From Candidatus Gastranaerophilales bacterium (GTDB lineage Bacteria > Cyanobacteriota > Vampirovibrionia > Gastranaerophilales > Gastranaerophilaceae): a stretch of DNA of 64,000 bases. The notes under the pieces were generated by a model. It was given only the letters and a program-made list of their open reading frames with translations, did no database searches and was not told the DNA's origin. Position numbers and translations under genes: made by a program. Of this stretch, positions 48,918 through 58,459 are shown piece after piece. Within the stretch, counting starts at the first letter, position 1, and every line of letters begins with the position of its first letter. The stretch is from assembly GCA_944326915.1 (NCBI GenBank), contig CALVFT010000004.1:39386-103385 (forward strand), read 5' to 3'.

Positions 48918-49975
48918 TGAAAAAACTATTAATTTCACTAATGGTATTGACTATGACTGCTTCTGCTGTGTTTGCATTTGGAGCAAAGCCTCAGCAACAA
49001 TCATTAGAAGTAGTTCCGTTGATGACATCAGAATCGCTGCAAGCTAATAGAGTTTGGGTGGGAACATTTCAATTGGTTTGGAATGATTTAATTGATGGAA
49101 TAGTCGGAGGCCCAGTAAGATTTGTTGGCGCTAAGTCAGAGTTGGCAAAAGAGCTCAACAAACAAAAGTTTAAAACAAGTGATTTGTCTGAGGATTCATA
49201 CTACACAGTATATGGAGAGACTTCTCCTGAGTTAAAAGTTAAAATAGAAAATGCTATAAAAGAAAAATTTAATGAAACAAGTGATGTCTTAAACAGTATC
49301 GACTGGACTCCTGGTCCTCAAAAGTATGTTCTTTATGCGATGTTGAAAAAGAATTTTAAATTCTTAACTGCTTTTGATAAGTTAGGTATGGATAAATTTG
49401 GTAAGAATAAAGAAAAAGTTCAATATTTTGGTATAAACAAGGATAGTGAATCTATTCTTGACCAAACAGTGTACGTTCTATTCTACAATTCTTCTAAAGA
49501 TTACGCTGTATCTATTCAAACAGAAGGGAAAGATGTTTTGTATCTATATAGAACAAAAGATGATAAATCTTTTGATAGACTATACAGTGACATGATGATT
49601 AAACAGGCTCAATACGATGGACCAAAAGAATTTTTGAAAGCTGATGAACTAAAAGTGCCTGATATTAATTTGTATAGTGAAAAATCTTTTGCAGAACTAT
49701 GTGATAAAGAAATCAAAGGTACTAACGGTATGATGATTGATCAAGCTTTGGAAACCGTTGATTTCAAGATGAATAATGAAGGTGTTAAACTTAAATCAGA
49801 AGCTGTTATCGCAACAAAAATGTCTATGCCTTTAGTCCCTGCAAAGATGAAACCTAGAAAATTCTATTTCAATGATACTTTTGTAATGTTCTTGCAAGAA
49901 AATGATAAAAATAAACCATATTTTGCATTGAGAGTACAAGATGTAAATTTGATTAATAAAACAGGTAGAAAATAA
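48917..49975 (+). CDS. Secreted serpin-like protein (divergent)
   Basis: Signal peptide MKKLLISLMVLTMTASAVFA. C-terminal region ALETVDFKMNNEGVKLKSEAVIATKMSMPLVPAKMKPRKFYFNDTFVMFLQE...PYFALRVQDVN parallels the serpin s5A-hinge-RCL-s1C/s4B/s5B layout (canonical: ievnEeGteAaA...F.adrPFlF.I...ilF.Grv). Confidence 0.45.
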   Translation: MKKLLISLMVLTMTASAVFAFGAKPQQQSLEVVPLMTSESLQANRVWVGTFQLVWNDLIDGIVGGPVRFVGAKSELAKELNKQKFKTSDLSEDSYYTVYGETSPELKVKIENAIKEKFNETSDVLNSIDWTPGPQKYVLYAMLKKNFKFLTAFDKLGMDKFGKNKEKVQYFGINKDSESILDQTVYVLFYNSSKDYAVSIQTEGKDVLYLYRTKDDKSFDRLYSDMMIKQAQYDGPKEFLKADELKVPDINLYSEKSFAELCDKEIKGTNGMMIDQALETVDFKMNNEGVKLKSEAVIATKMSMPLVPAKMKPRKFYFNDTFVMFLQENDKNKPYFALRVQDVNLINKTGRK

Positions 49976-49977
49976 CT

Positions 49978-50004
49978 TAAAAGGCGGCATTAGCCGCCTT
50001 TTTT
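49978..50004. terminator. Bidirectional rho-independent terminator
   Basis: AAGGCGGC-ATTA-GCCGCCTT followed by TTTT; A-rich on the other side. Confidence 0.75.
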
Positions 50005-50215
50005 AATCCAAACATTTCGTCTTTAGTTCAAAACTAACTTCTTCAAGTTTTCTACATTCAAATTTTAATTGGTCTGTAATTATATAGGTGTATTGCCCAT
50101 ACTCATCAAAGTTGTTATTGTCTGCAATTTTCCCGAGAAATGTAATCATGTCAATTATTTTTCCATAATGTTTTTCAAAAGCTTCAAACGTCTTTTTTAA
50201 TTCATTTCGCTCCAT
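50003..50215 (-). CDS. Small hypothetical helical protein
   Basis: 70 aa. GGAG-containing RBS (AAAGGAGAAATT before the ATG). Divergent from the XRE gene. Confidence 0.4.
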   Translation of the reverse strand: MERNELKKTFEAFEKHYGKIIDMITFLGKIADNNNFDEYGQYTYIITDQLKFECRKLEEVSFELKTKCLD

Positions 50216-50345
50216 AATTTCTCCTTTTATTGTGTATAATAAGTATCAATATTAATAATATATTAATGTAAATCAATGTTATGTTATTGATATTTAATAA
50301 TATAATGCATAGTATAATATTTGTCAATTTAATATAATAAAATTT

Positions 50346-50579
50346 ATGAATAAGAGCGATTTACTATTGTTAGGTGATAATATAAGAATTGAGCGTGCGA
50401 AACGGAAATTGACTCAAGAACAGCTTGCAGAGATGTGTGGTTCTATGAGTGGTCAGCATCTTGGTAGAATTGAAAAAGGTGAAATTGATATACGTGTTAC
50501 AACTTTATTTTCTATTCTTCGTGCGTTGGGTTGTGAATTAAAAGATTTGATAGATATTCATGGAGAGAATAATGGCTAA
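50346..50579 (+). CDS. XRE-family helix-turn-helix regulator
   Basis: 77 aa. GDNIRIERAKRKLTQEQLAEMCGSMSGQHLGRIEKGE is a Cro/C1-type HTH. Confidence 0.8.
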   Translation: MNKSDLLLLGDNIRIERAKRKLTQEQLAEMCGSMSGQHLGRIEKGEIDIRVTTLFSILRALGCELKDLIDIHGENNG

Positions 50580-51954
50580 GGTAAAATCAAAATGGATATG
50601 TCAGGAATGTGGTTACGAAAGTGCAGGATATTTAGGGAAATGTCCGGAATGTGGAAGTTGGGGTAGCTTTGTAGAAGAAGTTCAATTTAGTACTAAACCT
50701 CAGCAGGTATCTGCTCATGATGAGTTTATAAATACAGAAAAACCTACACTTTTAAAGGATATAAAATTTGATGAAGAAATTAGAGTAAGTACAAATATTT
50801 CTGAGTTTGATAGAATTCTTGGCGGTGGATTTGTTCAGGGGTCTTTAGTGCTTATTGCAGGTGATCCTGGTATTGGGAAATCTACAATTCTTTTGCAGAC
50901 TAGTGGAGAATTGTGTAAGAATAATAAAAAAGTCTTATATGTATCTGCAGAAGAAAGTGCAAGTCAGTTAAAGCTAAGGGCAGAGCGCTTATCCATAAAT
51001 TCTGATAATTTGTATGTCTATCCTCAGACTTCAATGGAAAATATTAAAACTCAGATAGACGAAATATCTCCTGATTTTGTTGTAATAGATAGTATTCAGG
51101 CGATATATTCTCAAAATGTTGCAAGTTCTGCAGGAAGTGTTTCTCAAATAAGAGAGTGTACAAATCTTTTGATGCACATAGCTAAGACAAAAAATATAAC
51201 AGTCGTAGTTATAGGTCATGTAACAAAAGAGGGTAATATTGCAGGACCTAAAGTTTTAGAACATATGGTAGATACTGTTATATATTTTGAGGGTGATAAG
51301 TATAAATCATATCGTATGTTACGTTCGATGAAAAACCGTTTTGGAAATACTTCAGAGGTAGGTATTTTTGAGATGAGTGAGGGTGGGCTCAAGTGTGTTA
51401 CAAATCCAAATGAATTATTTTTGAATGAGCGTTCTCAAGGATCAATTCCTGGGACTGCAATTGTTGTTGCTAATGAAGGTACAAGACCTTTGTTGGTAGA
51501 GATTCAAGCTTTGGTCGGAACAACTCCATATCCGTCTCCTCGCAGGGTTACAAACGGTGTGGATACAAGTCGTGTATTACAGATATTAGCGGTGTTAGAA
51601 AAAAGAGTCGGGTTAAACCTTTCTAAGCAGGATGTATATGTGAATGTTATGGGAGGGCTTGATGTTACTGAACCTTCTGCTGATTTAGGTATTGCTTTAG
51701 CTGTCGCAACTTGTGCAAGAGATGTTGTTGTTGATTCTCAAACGGTAATTATTGGAGAAATTGGCCTTTCAGGAGAAATACATCCTGTTAATAATATCGA
51801 AAAAAGATTGAATGAAGCTGTTATGTCAGGGTTCAAGAAGGCGATTATTCCATTTTCAAATTCGGTTCCTAAAGATTTTGATAAGTTGGAAATTATAAAA
51901 GTAAAAAGATTAATTGATGCAATTTCTGCTTGCGTAAATTCTTCTAAAGTTTGA
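50572..51954 (+). CDS. radA: DNA repair protein RadA/Sms
   Basis: Zinc finger WICQECGYESAGYLGKCPECGSW, Walker A GDPGIGKST, the KNRFG motif, and a Lon-like C-terminal domain. ATG at 50572 with GGAGAG RBS; overlaps the XRE stop by 8 nt. Confidence 0.95.
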   Translation: MAKVKSKWICQECGYESAGYLGKCPECGSWGSFVEEVQFSTKPQQVSAHDEFINTEKPTLLKDIKFDEEIRVSTNISEFDRILGGGFVQGSLVLIAGDPGIGKSTILLQTSGELCKNNKKVLYVSAEESASQLKLRAERLSINSDNLYVYPQTSMENIKTQIDEISPDFVVIDSIQAIYSQNVASSAGSVSQIRECTNLLMHIAKTKNITVVVIGHVTKEGNIAGPKVLEHMVDTVIYFEGDKYKSYRMLRSMKNRFGNTSEVGIFEMSEGGLKCVTNPNELFLNERSQGSIPGTAIVVANEGTRPLLVEIQALVGTTPYPSPRRVTNGVDTSRVLQILAVLEKRVGLNLSKQDVYVNVMGGLDVTEPSADLGIALAVATCARDVVVDSQTVIIGEIGLSGEIHPVNNIEKRLNEAVMSGFKKAIIPFSNSVPKDFDKLEIIKVKRLIDAISACVNSSKV

Positions 51955-51999
51955 TTTATTTAATCTATAAGAGTAGAGTGTAGTTAGGTATTTAAATAG

Positions 52000-53238
52000 A
52001 TGAGAAAATTTCGTTATCATGCTTTAAAAAATAATACTCAAATAATTCAGGGAGAAGTCGAGGCTTATTCTTTAGCAGAAGCTCGTGCTAAAATTCGTGA
52101 TCTTGGTTTTTTGCCGACTAAAGTTTATATGGAGAGTAGTAGTGAAGCTACTATTGAGGAGTCTTTTGCTCAACAGGTTACATCAGATAGTCAAATAAAG
52201 TTTTTGAGTTTAAAGGATAAGATAAATTTCACTCGAGAATTGCAGATTATGCTTTCGTCAGGTATTGCAATCCTTGATGCGTTACATATGTTAGAAGTTA
52301 ATTCTCCGAGTGAAAAAATAAGAAAAATCTCTAAAGTTTTGCAAAGTGAAATATTATCTGGTAAAACTTTTGCAGAGGCATTAACTTCTCGCTATGGAGA
52401 AGTTTTTGGATTTGTTTATACAGGTTTGGTTTTATCTGGAGAAGCTTCTGGGGAACTTGATACTGTGCTTGAAAGAGTTCTTGAATTGTTAAAAAAACAG
52501 GATGCAATAAAGGGAAAAGTTATACAGGCATCTATTTATCCTGGGATATTAATTTTGATTATGTTTGTAGTTCTTGTATTGTTTGCAAAAGTAATTTTTC
52601 CTGCATTTGCAAGTGTATTTACATTTAATGGAGCTGATGTTCCATTTTTGGCAAAGACTTTGTTTGAGTTATGTAATTTTATTTCAAATTTTTGGTATCT
52701 GATTATTGCAGGTGTAGTCGGTGGTGGCTATTTGCTTAAAGAGATGCTCAAAGACAGAACATTTAAGAGTCGCGTAGATTCCTTTTTGATGAGAATTCCA
52801 GTTTTATCTGATTTTATAAATTATGTTAATTTGTCAAATTTCATAAGTGTTTTGCAGGTTTCTTATGAATCAGGTGTTCCAATTTTAGAAGGGCTAAAAT
52901 TGTCAACAAAAACAATTGATAGTTCGGTTGTGAAAGCTCGAGCTAATGCCTCTTTGGGGTATGTAAAAAATGGAAGACCACTGTCGGAGAGTTTTAGTTT
53001 TAGCTCTCTTTTGCCCAATGAACTTATAATGATGATTGCGACAGGCGAAAAGTCTGGAACTTTAGGGAAAATGCTTTTGAATATAGCAAATGTGATTGAC
53101 AAGAAAGTAGATATTGTTCTTGAGACTTTGACTAAATTATTTGAACCTATATTAATTGTAGTTATGGGTGGATTTGTTTTGTTTATCGCAGTAGCGTTTT
53201 ATCAAATGTATTTTGGAATGTTGGGTGCGATTTTTTAA
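52000..53238 (+). CDS. pilC: Type II secretion / type IV pilus platform protein (GspF/PilC family)
   Basis: 412 aa. Two T2SSF repeats (LSSGIAILDAL... and SYESGVPILEGL...), 3 TM segments, and MIATGEKSGTLGKML. Confidence 0.85.
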   Translation: MRKFRYHALKNNTQIIQGEVEAYSLAEARAKIRDLGFLPTKVYMESSSEATIEESFAQQVTSDSQIKFLSLKDKINFTRELQIMLSSGIAILDALHMLEVNSPSEKIRKISKVLQSEILSGKTFAEALTSRYGEVFGFVYTGLVLSGEASGELDTVLERVLELLKKQDAIKGKVIQASIYPGILILIMFVVLVLFAKVIFPAFASVFTFNGADVPFLAKTLFELCNFISNFWYLIIAGVVGGGYLLKEMLKDRTFKSRVDSFLMRIPVLSDFINYVNLSNFISVLQVSYESGVPILEGLKLSTKTIDSSVVKARANASLGYVKNGRPLSESFSFSSLLPNELIMMIATGEKSGTLGKMLLNIANVIDKKVDIVLETLTKLFEPILIVVMGGFVLFIAVAFYQMYFGMLGAIF

Positions 53239-53266
53239 AATTTATAAATATGAAATATGAAATATG

Positions 53267-53308
53267 AAATGACTCCGTTATTGTTTTTATATCGGAGTCA
53301 TTTTTATT
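53267..53308 (+). terminator. Rho-independent terminator after pilC
   Basis: AAATGACTCCG / CGGAGTCATTT stem with a 15-nt loop, followed by a T-run. Confidence 0.6.
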
Positions 53309-53338
53309 TTTCTTGGCTATATGGGCGTATTAATCTTT

Positions 53339-53542
53339 TTAATTATTACTTAGTACTAATTTGAAAGTGGCAAGATTCTTGATAGACAACATAGCGTGTT
53401 TTACGTGTTGTTCTTTTGATATGTTAAAAATACGTATAATGCGTTGAATTTCTTCCAAGTCTTTTCTTGATTCAATTTTATATACATTTTTAATTGGGTC
53501 AGAAACAACTGACATTAAAGTATTTAATTCCTGTTCTTTCAT
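53339..53542 (-). CDS. Small hypothetical protein
   Basis: 67-aa ORF with AGGAAAGAGGA upstream. No motif recognised. Confidence 0.35.
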   Translation of the reverse strand: MKEQELNTLMSVVSDPIKNVYKIESRKDLEEIQRIIRIFNISKEQHVKHAMLSIKNLATFKLVLSNN

Positions 53543-53670
53543 AATATCTTATCCTCTTTCCTGTATATTTATATAAAGGATTTTGAGTTTTAAAAATTGC
53601 TTTTTATAGAAAAACATTTGTAATATTTGTTAACATATCTCCTTAAAGTCAATAAAATCAATAGGGGTAG

Positions 53671-54435
53671 CTATATAGAAGATTTTGCTTTTTTCCATAA
53701 AGCATCGTATTCTTCAAAAGAATATTCTTCTAGTGGTTTTGTTGCGAGTTCTTCCATTTTGCGGAAACGTTTCATAAATTTATTATTAGCTTTGATAAGA
53801 GCTTGTTCTGCATCAATTTTGTTCCATCTTGCAAGGTTAACTATTGCAAATAGAATATCTCCAAATTCTTCTTCCATATGCTCTTTATCATTATCTTGTT
53901 TTGCCTCTTTGAATTCTTCAAATTCAGAATTGATACATTTATAAAGTTCTTCTTCATTAGGCCATTCAAAGCCTGTTTTAACGGCCTTTTTACTAATTTT
54001 TTGAGCGCTCATTAGTGCAGATTGTGCTTTAGAAATACCATCCATAGCAGATTTTCTGTGAGGTTTTTCTTCTTGTTTAAGTTTTTCCCAGTTTGTCACT
54101 ACGTCATCTGCAGAATCCACTTTTGCATCACCGAACACGTGAGGATGTCTGTGTATTAGTTTATCGGTAAGTTCTTTGGCAACATCTTCTATATTAAAGG
54201 CATTTTCTTCTGATGCGATTTGAGAGTGAAGAAGTACTTGCAACAGGACATCGCCAAGTTCTTCTTTTAAATGTTTCATGTCATTAGCATTAATTGCATC
54301 AACTGCTTCATAAGCTTCTTCAAGCATGTTCCTTTTCAAAGAATCATGAGTTTGTTCTCGATCCCAAGGACAACCCTCAGGAGAACGCAATACTCTAATA
54401 ACCTCAATAAGTTTTTCTAAATTTACATATCCCAT
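53671..54435 (-). CDS. mazG: Nucleoside triphosphate pyrophosphohydrolase MazG
   Basis: Two MazG repeats: CPWDREQTHDSLKRNMLEEAYE...ELGDVLLQVL and EEFGDILFAIVNLARW; 254 aa. Confidence 0.9.
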   Translation of the reverse strand: MGYVNLEKLIEVIRVLRSPEGCPWDREQTHDSLKRNMLEEAYEAVDAINANDMKHLKEELGDVLLQVLLHSQIASEENAFNIEDVAKELTDKLIHRHPHVFGDAKVDSADDVVTNWEKLKQEEKPHRKSAMDGISKAQSALMSAQKISKKAVKTGFEWPNEEELYKCINSEFEEFKEAKQDNDKEHMEEEFGDILFAIVNLARWNKIDAEQALIKANNKFMKRFRKMEELATKPLEEYSFEEYDALWKKAKSSI

Positions 54436-54569
54436 ATATGTTATTTTACCATGAACAAATTTCTAACTAAAGTATAAAAAATTCCCTAAGAATACATCAA
54501 AAGGTTGATAAAATAAAAATATCCTATGGTATTCTTATAATGTAATAATTTAGACGAAAGGATATAATC

Positions 54570-55085
54570 ATGGCAAATTTATCAATTTCAAGTATCCGTG
54601 AACGTATTTTTAACACTACAAAACACGAACAAACAGTTGCAAGAAGTTCTAATCCTTTTGCACAATCATCTTTTAAAGGAAACGTGTTAACTGCGGATGT
54701 TTTTGAATCATCAAAATCAAAAGAAAATCAACCTAGTTTTGCAGGCAGAATAGCTTCAGTTCCTGCTAAAAGTAAATTATATTTAAGTGCAATGGTTGGT
54801 TCTATAAACAATTTCGGAAACAAGATTTCTGAAAAATTACATGCCGGAATAGAATCTGTTAATGCTTTTTGTAAGAGAATGTCAGATAACGTATCTAATT
54901 TCTGGTCTACAATGAAAAATACAGAAGTAAGATTTGACTTTATGGATAACATTAAAGATGCAATGCGTCCTGGTATCAGAAAAAATGATATCGCTAAAAT
55001 GGATTTAAGTAGTGATGAAGTATATAATAGTGTGCATGAGTTATTCTCAAGCAAAGCAAATGCTTGGGCAGAGGCAATGGCATAA
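54570..55085 (+). CDS. Hypothetical protein carrying the MxxLSIxS / SFxG N-terminal module
   Basis: 171 aa. MANLSISSI..., SSFKG at aa 33-37 and PSFAG at aa 55-59. AAAGGA RBS. Confidence 0.5.
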   Translation: MANLSISSIRERIFNTTKHEQTVARSSNPFAQSSFKGNVLTADVFESSKSKENQPSFAGRIASVPAKSKLYLSAMVGSINNFGNKISEKLHAGIESVNAFCKRMSDNVSNFWSTMKNTEVRFDFMDNIKDAMRPGIRKNDIAKMDLSSDEVYNSVHELFSSKANAWAEAMA

Positions 55086-55109
55086 GTATTTGTGGAGGTT
55101 ATAAGTATT

Positions 55110-55481
55110 ATGGTAGATAAAAGAACAGAAAAAGACGTAAGTAATATAATCGAAGGTTTGAGAATTAATCAAGATCCAAGATCTATTGAAATGCTAGAAG
55201 ATGTTGGAACAAACTCAAGTGTTGATGCTATCAGAGAGCTTACTTCTAGAGCTTTGGTAAAGAAAAATCAACATGATTCTTTAAAAGTTGTAATTGCTAA
55301 CAAAGGTAAAGGTATCAATGATATGTCTACAGTTGTAGCTATGAGTACAATAAATGAACTATTATCATTGGAAGACAAATCTGAAGCAATTAGAATTCTT
55401 GAAGATACCGTAAATATGCATTCAGATGAAGAAGTAAGAGATAATGCGCGTTCTGTAAAAGCTTTAATGGCTTTATCATAA
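55110..55481 (+). CDS. Hypothetical protein with HEAT-like helical repeats
   Basis: ATG at 55110 (track GTG at 55092). SSVDAIRELTSRALVKK and DEEVRDNARSVKALMAL resemble PBS-lyase-type HEAT repeats. Weak call. Confidence 0.4.
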   Translation: MVDKRTEKDVSNIIEGLRINQDPRSIEMLEDVGTNSSVDAIRELTSRALVKKNQHDSLKVVIANKGKGINDMSTVVAMSTINELLSLEDKSEAIRILEDTVNMHSDEEVRDNARSVKALMALS

Positions 55482-55526
55482 ATTACGCGGCAAAATATTT
55501 ATAAATTTGCCAGTTTTCATATAAAT

Positions 55527-55556
55527 AAAAGCACCTTATAAATAAGGTGCTTTTTT
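55527..55556. terminator. Bidirectional rho-independent terminator
   Basis: AAAAGCACCTTA-TAAA-TAAGGTGCTTTTTT between convergent genes. Confidence 0.7.
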
Positions 55557-55567
55557 ATTAGCGTAAT

Positions 55568-56968
55568 TTATTTTTTCTCGAACCATTTCATTATTTTATC
55601 TATAAGCCCTTCATCTTCTTGCATATCCGTATGAGCTAATTTTTCTACTTTATTTTTAATTTTTTTGTAATCAGGATCTCCTTTTCCAAGTTCAAGAAAT
55701 TTATTGTAAAATTCAATAGCTGCGGGCTTATTTCTCATTTTTTCATAAGCAATTGCTAGTTTTTTTATGTTAAGAGTATTCCTTTTATCAAGCTCATATA
55801 ATTTTTCAAGATAATCGCATTGAGACTTGTAATCACCTATACTTTCGCGGAATTCGGCCAATTTTTCAAGCGCTTTTTTATCATTTGAATCCAATTGAGA
55901 TAGTCTTTCATAAAATTCCATTGCGTGATTTTTATTTCCGGATTCTTCAAGTAGTCTAGCTAGAGTGCTAACTAAATTTTCGTCATCATTTTTTAGTTGA
56001 TATGCATTTAAAAATTCATTTATTGCAACATCTTTATCGCCTCTTATCAAATTATATTTACCCCAGTTTAGGTATGAATTGTAGTCATCATTTTTATTTT
56101 CATAAATTAATGCTCTCATTTGGTACGTAAGTGGGTTATTTTTACTGAATTTGTCAAATTCATTAACGCATTCTAGAGCTTTTTCAAAATCATTTGTTAT
56201 GTAATAATATTGAGCTTTTAGTGAATGATATTTCCCGTTAGTTTTATATTGGTCTTCAAGCTCATTTAGCTTATTAAAAGCTTCTTCTTTTTTATCACAT
56301 TCAAGTAAGCATTTGATTTTGGTTAATTCATCTTCTGTTATTTCCATTGCTTTATCAGCATGACCATCTCTTATATAAATTTGAGCCAAATTTTCAAGAA
56401 GATTTTTGCTGTTATAACCGTGTTTTCTAGCTCTTTCTAGGACTTCAATTGCACTGCCTTTTGCATCTTCTTTCAAGTACAAATTTGCTAGTCTTAGGAA
56501 TGCTTCTTCTGGAGTATCTTCAAAATCTAATAGTTTCAAATATTCATCTATGGCTTTAAGATTTTGTCCTGTTTGTTCATACATTGTAGCAAGCACAAAT
56601 CTTGCAGCGTTTGCATCTTTTTCTTCTTGAGTATTTGCAAGAGCTTTTTTATAGTCGTTAATTGCATGCTCAAATTTTTGTTCAACCTGGTGTAAGTTTC
56701 CTCTGTAAATGTAATATTTGTATCTGTCGGAGTTTGCATATATATCCATTAATTGTTCGTATGCAAGTGTATTTGTTGCATCGAATTCAAGAATTTTTGA
56801 ATAATATTCTGCAGCATCTTCTTTTTTATCCAAAACCATTGATAAATGACCAAGTCTTTCTATAATACTTAGATCTTTAGGGTCTTGTTCATGTAATTTT
56901 TTATATTCTTCAAGAGCTTCGTTATATTGCTCATTATCTTCGTATTGTTCTGCTAATTGTAAGCCCAT
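55568..56968 (-). CDS. Tetratricopeptide-repeat protein
   Basis: 466 aa of repeated 34-residue A/Y/L patterns (e.g. AAEYYSKILEFD, AINDYKKALA, AIDEYLKLLDF, AMEFYERLSQLD). Confidence 0.8.
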   Translation of the reverse strand: MGLQLAEQYEDNEQYNEALEEYKKLHEQDPKDLSIIERLGHLSMVLDKKEDAAEYYSKILEFDATNTLAYEQLMDIYANSDRYKYYIYRGNLHQVEQKFEHAINDYKKALANTQEEKDANAARFVLATMYEQTGQNLKAIDEYLKLLDFEDTPEEAFLRLANLYLKEDAKGSAIEVLERARKHGYNSKNLLENLAQIYIRDGHADKAMEITEDELTKIKCLLECDKKEEAFNKLNELEDQYKTNGKYHSLKAQYYYITNDFEKALECVNEFDKFSKNNPLTYQMRALIYENKNDDYNSYLNWGKYNLIRGDKDVAINEFLNAYQLKNDDENLVSTLARLLEESGNKNHAMEFYERLSQLDSNDKKALEKLAEFRESIGDYKSQCDYLEKLYELDKRNTLNIKKLAIAYEKMRNKPAAIEFYNKFLELGKGDPDYKKIKNKVEKLAHTDMQEDEGLIDKIMKWFEKK

Positions 56969-57028
56969 TTTTATACTCCTTTTTATCTATTATATTAGAA
57001 ATATTTGTTTTGGTAATAATCTGGTTGG

Positions 57029-57586
57029 TTAGTTAAATTTATTTTGAGATTTTTCTATATTATTTTCTAAGTAGAACATAACTGCTTCTGCAGATGTGTT
57101 TAAGACATCTTTTAAAACTTGTTGGTGCTCTTTAGGAAAATTTTGTAGTACATAATTTTCTGAAGGTATTGGTGGTTGTGGGCCTATACCTATTTTTAGT
57201 CTATCAAATTTATTTGTTCCAATATGTTTTATAATTGACTTTATACCGTTATGTCCACCATCAGAACCGTTAGCTCTGAATCTGATTCTTCCGAGATCAA
57301 GTGCGATATCATCATAAACTACAAGGATATCTTCTGTTTTTATCTTGTAATAATCCATTACCGCTCTTACTGCTTCTCCTGATAAGTTCATAAAAGTTGT
57401 AGGCTTAATTATAATTACATCTTCATCAGCTTGTCTTAATTTTGTGATAAAACATTTGAGTTTGCTATCCTGTTTGAAAGATAAATTATTTTCAAGTGCA
57501 ATTTTATCCACAACCATAAAACCTGCGTTATGTCGTGTGAAACAATATTTATCTCCAATATTACCTAATCCTGTTATCAGTTTCAT
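57029..57586 (-). CDS. pth: Peptidyl-tRNA hydrolase
   Basis: MKLITGLGNIGDKYCFTRHNAGFMVVD, with GHNGIKSI later; 185 aa. Confidence 0.95.
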   Translation of the reverse strand: MKLITGLGNIGDKYCFTRHNAGFMVVDKIALENNLSFKQDSKLKCFITKLRQADEDVIIIKPTTFMNLSGEAVRAVMDYYKIKTEDILVVYDDIALDLGRIRFRANGSDGGHNGIKSIIKHIGTNKFDRLKIGIGPQPPIPSENYVLQNFPKEHQQVLKDVLNTSAEAVMFYLENNIEKSQNKFN

Positions 57587-57722
57587 TTTTACTAATCCTT
57601 TTTATTTATTATTTTAACGTAAATAAATATTACCGTTATGATTTACCTCACTTTCGCTTAACAAATCGATAGAATATTTGTATTTTAGTAATGCATAAAT
57701 AAACCAGATGAGGATGATAGTT

Positions 57723-58292
57723 ATGAGTTCAAAAAACAAACCAATAGTTCAAGAAAAAAGTTCAGAAAAAGTTGCAAAATTTTTAGATAAAAATTCTTTG
57801 CATAAGAAGGATTTTGCAGAAATGATTGGGGTTACCCTTTCATATGTATATAACTTAATAGATGATACAATACCTTTTTCTACAAGAAGTACAACTCTTG
57901 AAAGAATTGCTACTGTCATGGAAGTTGAACCTGAAGTTTTTGAAGAATATAAAATTCCACAAGAACCTATTTTGATAGATGATTCAATTGAATTTTTTAA
58001 AGATGTCATGAAAGAAAAAGGCATGTCTGTTGTTAATTTTTTAAAAGCTTTTCCTCGTAAAAAAAGAATTGATATTGTAGATATGCTTAGAGGTAGTCTT
58101 CCAATTCCTATAGATTTTAAGGAATTATTGATGATTGCTCAAGTTCTGGAACTTAATCAAGAAGATATATACTCGATGTGGGAAAAGCGTATGAAACAAG
58201 TTCTAGAAGCAAACGGGATGAATATTTATGCAAATGCAGCTTTAGTTAATGCTATGTTTGATTGTGCAAAAAAATATATTAGTCTAAAATAG
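57723..58292 (+). CDS. Helix-turn-helix (XRE-like) protein, possibly two HTH-like halves
   Basis: LHKKDFAEMIGVTLSYVYNLIDD...LERIATVMEVEPEVF. The start is uncertain (ATGs at 57708, 57714 and 57723). Confidence 0.5.
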   Translation: MSSKNKPIVQEKSSEKVAKFLDKNSLHKKDFAEMIGVTLSYVYNLIDDTIPFSTRSTTLERIATVMEVEPEVFEEYKIPQEPILIDDSIEFFKDVMKEKGMSVVNFLKAFPRKKRIDIVDMLRGSLPIPIDFKELLMIAQVLELNQEDIYSMWEKRMKQVLEANGMNIYANAALVNAMFDCAKKYISLK

Positions 58293-58332
58293 TTTCAAAT
58301 ACTCTAAAATACTGCAATTAAAGTTAAAATTT

Positions 58333-58364
58333 AAAAGGTCAGGAAAATTTCTTGACCTTTTTTT
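58333..58364 (+). terminator. Rho-independent terminator
   Basis: AAAAGGTCAGG-AAAATTT-CTTGACCTTTTTT. Confidence 0.65.
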
Positions 58365-58375
58365 AAAAAAAATAG

Positions 58376-58404
58376 TTGACATTAAATTTTTTTCTTGTTA
58401 CACT
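58376..58404 (+). promoter_or_regulatory. Near-consensus sigma-70 promoter for tRNA-Lys
   Basis: TTGACA (58376-58381), 17-nt spacer, TACACT (58399-58404) preceded by TGT (extended -10). About 55 nt upstream of the tRNA. Confidence 0.5.
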
Positions 58405-58459
58405 AATCTTACGGACGAAATGAATAGCATTAGTCGGTATGAATAATTAAAATACATTT

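Noticed and set aside
53251-53271. Tandem heptamer TGAAATA x3 after pilC
   Set aside because: It is only three short AT-rich units next to a terminator. That fits slippage or chance and is too short to call a functional repeat.
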